Assembly: GCA_044344255.1 (NCBI GenBank) | Contig: JBIJDH010000019.1 | Span: 64,001 to 128,000, forward strand | Reading direction: 5' to 3' | Origin: Myxococcota bacterium | GTDB lineage: Bacteria; Myxococcota_A; UBA796; UBA2385 | DNA: 64,000 bases | Shown here: in pieces, positions 63,922 through 64,000 of the stretch | Layout of the letters: every line of letters begins with the position of its first letter | Position numbering within the stretch: the stretch's first letter is position 1 | Made by a program: the position numbers and the translations under genes | Notes under the pieces: generated by a model | What the model was told of the DNA's origin: nothing | Database searches by the model: none | What the model saw: the letters and a program-made list of their open reading frames with translations, nothing else

Positions 63922-64000
63922 ATGTTGTCCCTCGCGATCGCCCTGTCCCCGCTCTGCCTCTCCGGCTTCACCCTGCTGGTCGACACGGCGCACGCCGACG
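63922..64000 (+). CDS. Start of an exported protein (truncated by window edge)
   Basis: GGAG RBS, MLSLAIALSPLCLSGFTLLVDTAHAD signal-peptide-like. Confidence 0.5.
   Translation, partial: MLSLAIALSPLCLSGFTLLVDTAHAD

Overview
Gene-dense, very high-GC bacterial chromosomal window. The gene content suggests Myxococcota or a related deltaproteobacterial lineage (inference from the Ser/Thr kinase-FGE fusion, sigma-54 activator, many lipoproteins with DGS/DAD linkers, TIGR02147 and lipid A genes). Housekeeping genes include a DEAD-box helicase, mtnA, tRNA-Arg(UCG), lpxB/ArnT-like/msbA, gshB, recJ, recD2, RNase G and tyrS. There is no CRISPR array, integrase or transposase. Two accessory modules stand out. 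(1) 36232-43869 is a divergent locus with two alkaline-phosphatase-superfamily (phosphodiesterase-like) enzymes predicted to face opposite sides of the membrane, a PAPS-type sulfotransferase, a DUF106/Oxa1-like membrane protein, a CobW-type GTPase and two small proteins ending in an L-x-x-L-G-Y tail. It is a candidate uncharacterised trans-envelope sulfation relay. (2) 9933-18783 holds a Ser/Thr kinase-FGE gene and an unusual sigma-54 activator (nested AAA, C-terminal FHA-like domain, no obvious Fis HTH). These are followed by a phased 10-bp repeat array, a consensus sigma-54 promoter and a secreted astacin/FG-GAP lipoprotein, and a methyltransferase gene lies between two copies of a 67-bp duplication of the kinase/activator junction. 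Other oddities are a tandem double-PilT ATPase, a thioesterase-HutD fusion, a TIGN-type TyrRS, a lower-GC TA islet and several apparently leaderless promoters. All product calls come from motif recognition by eye; no database searches were run.
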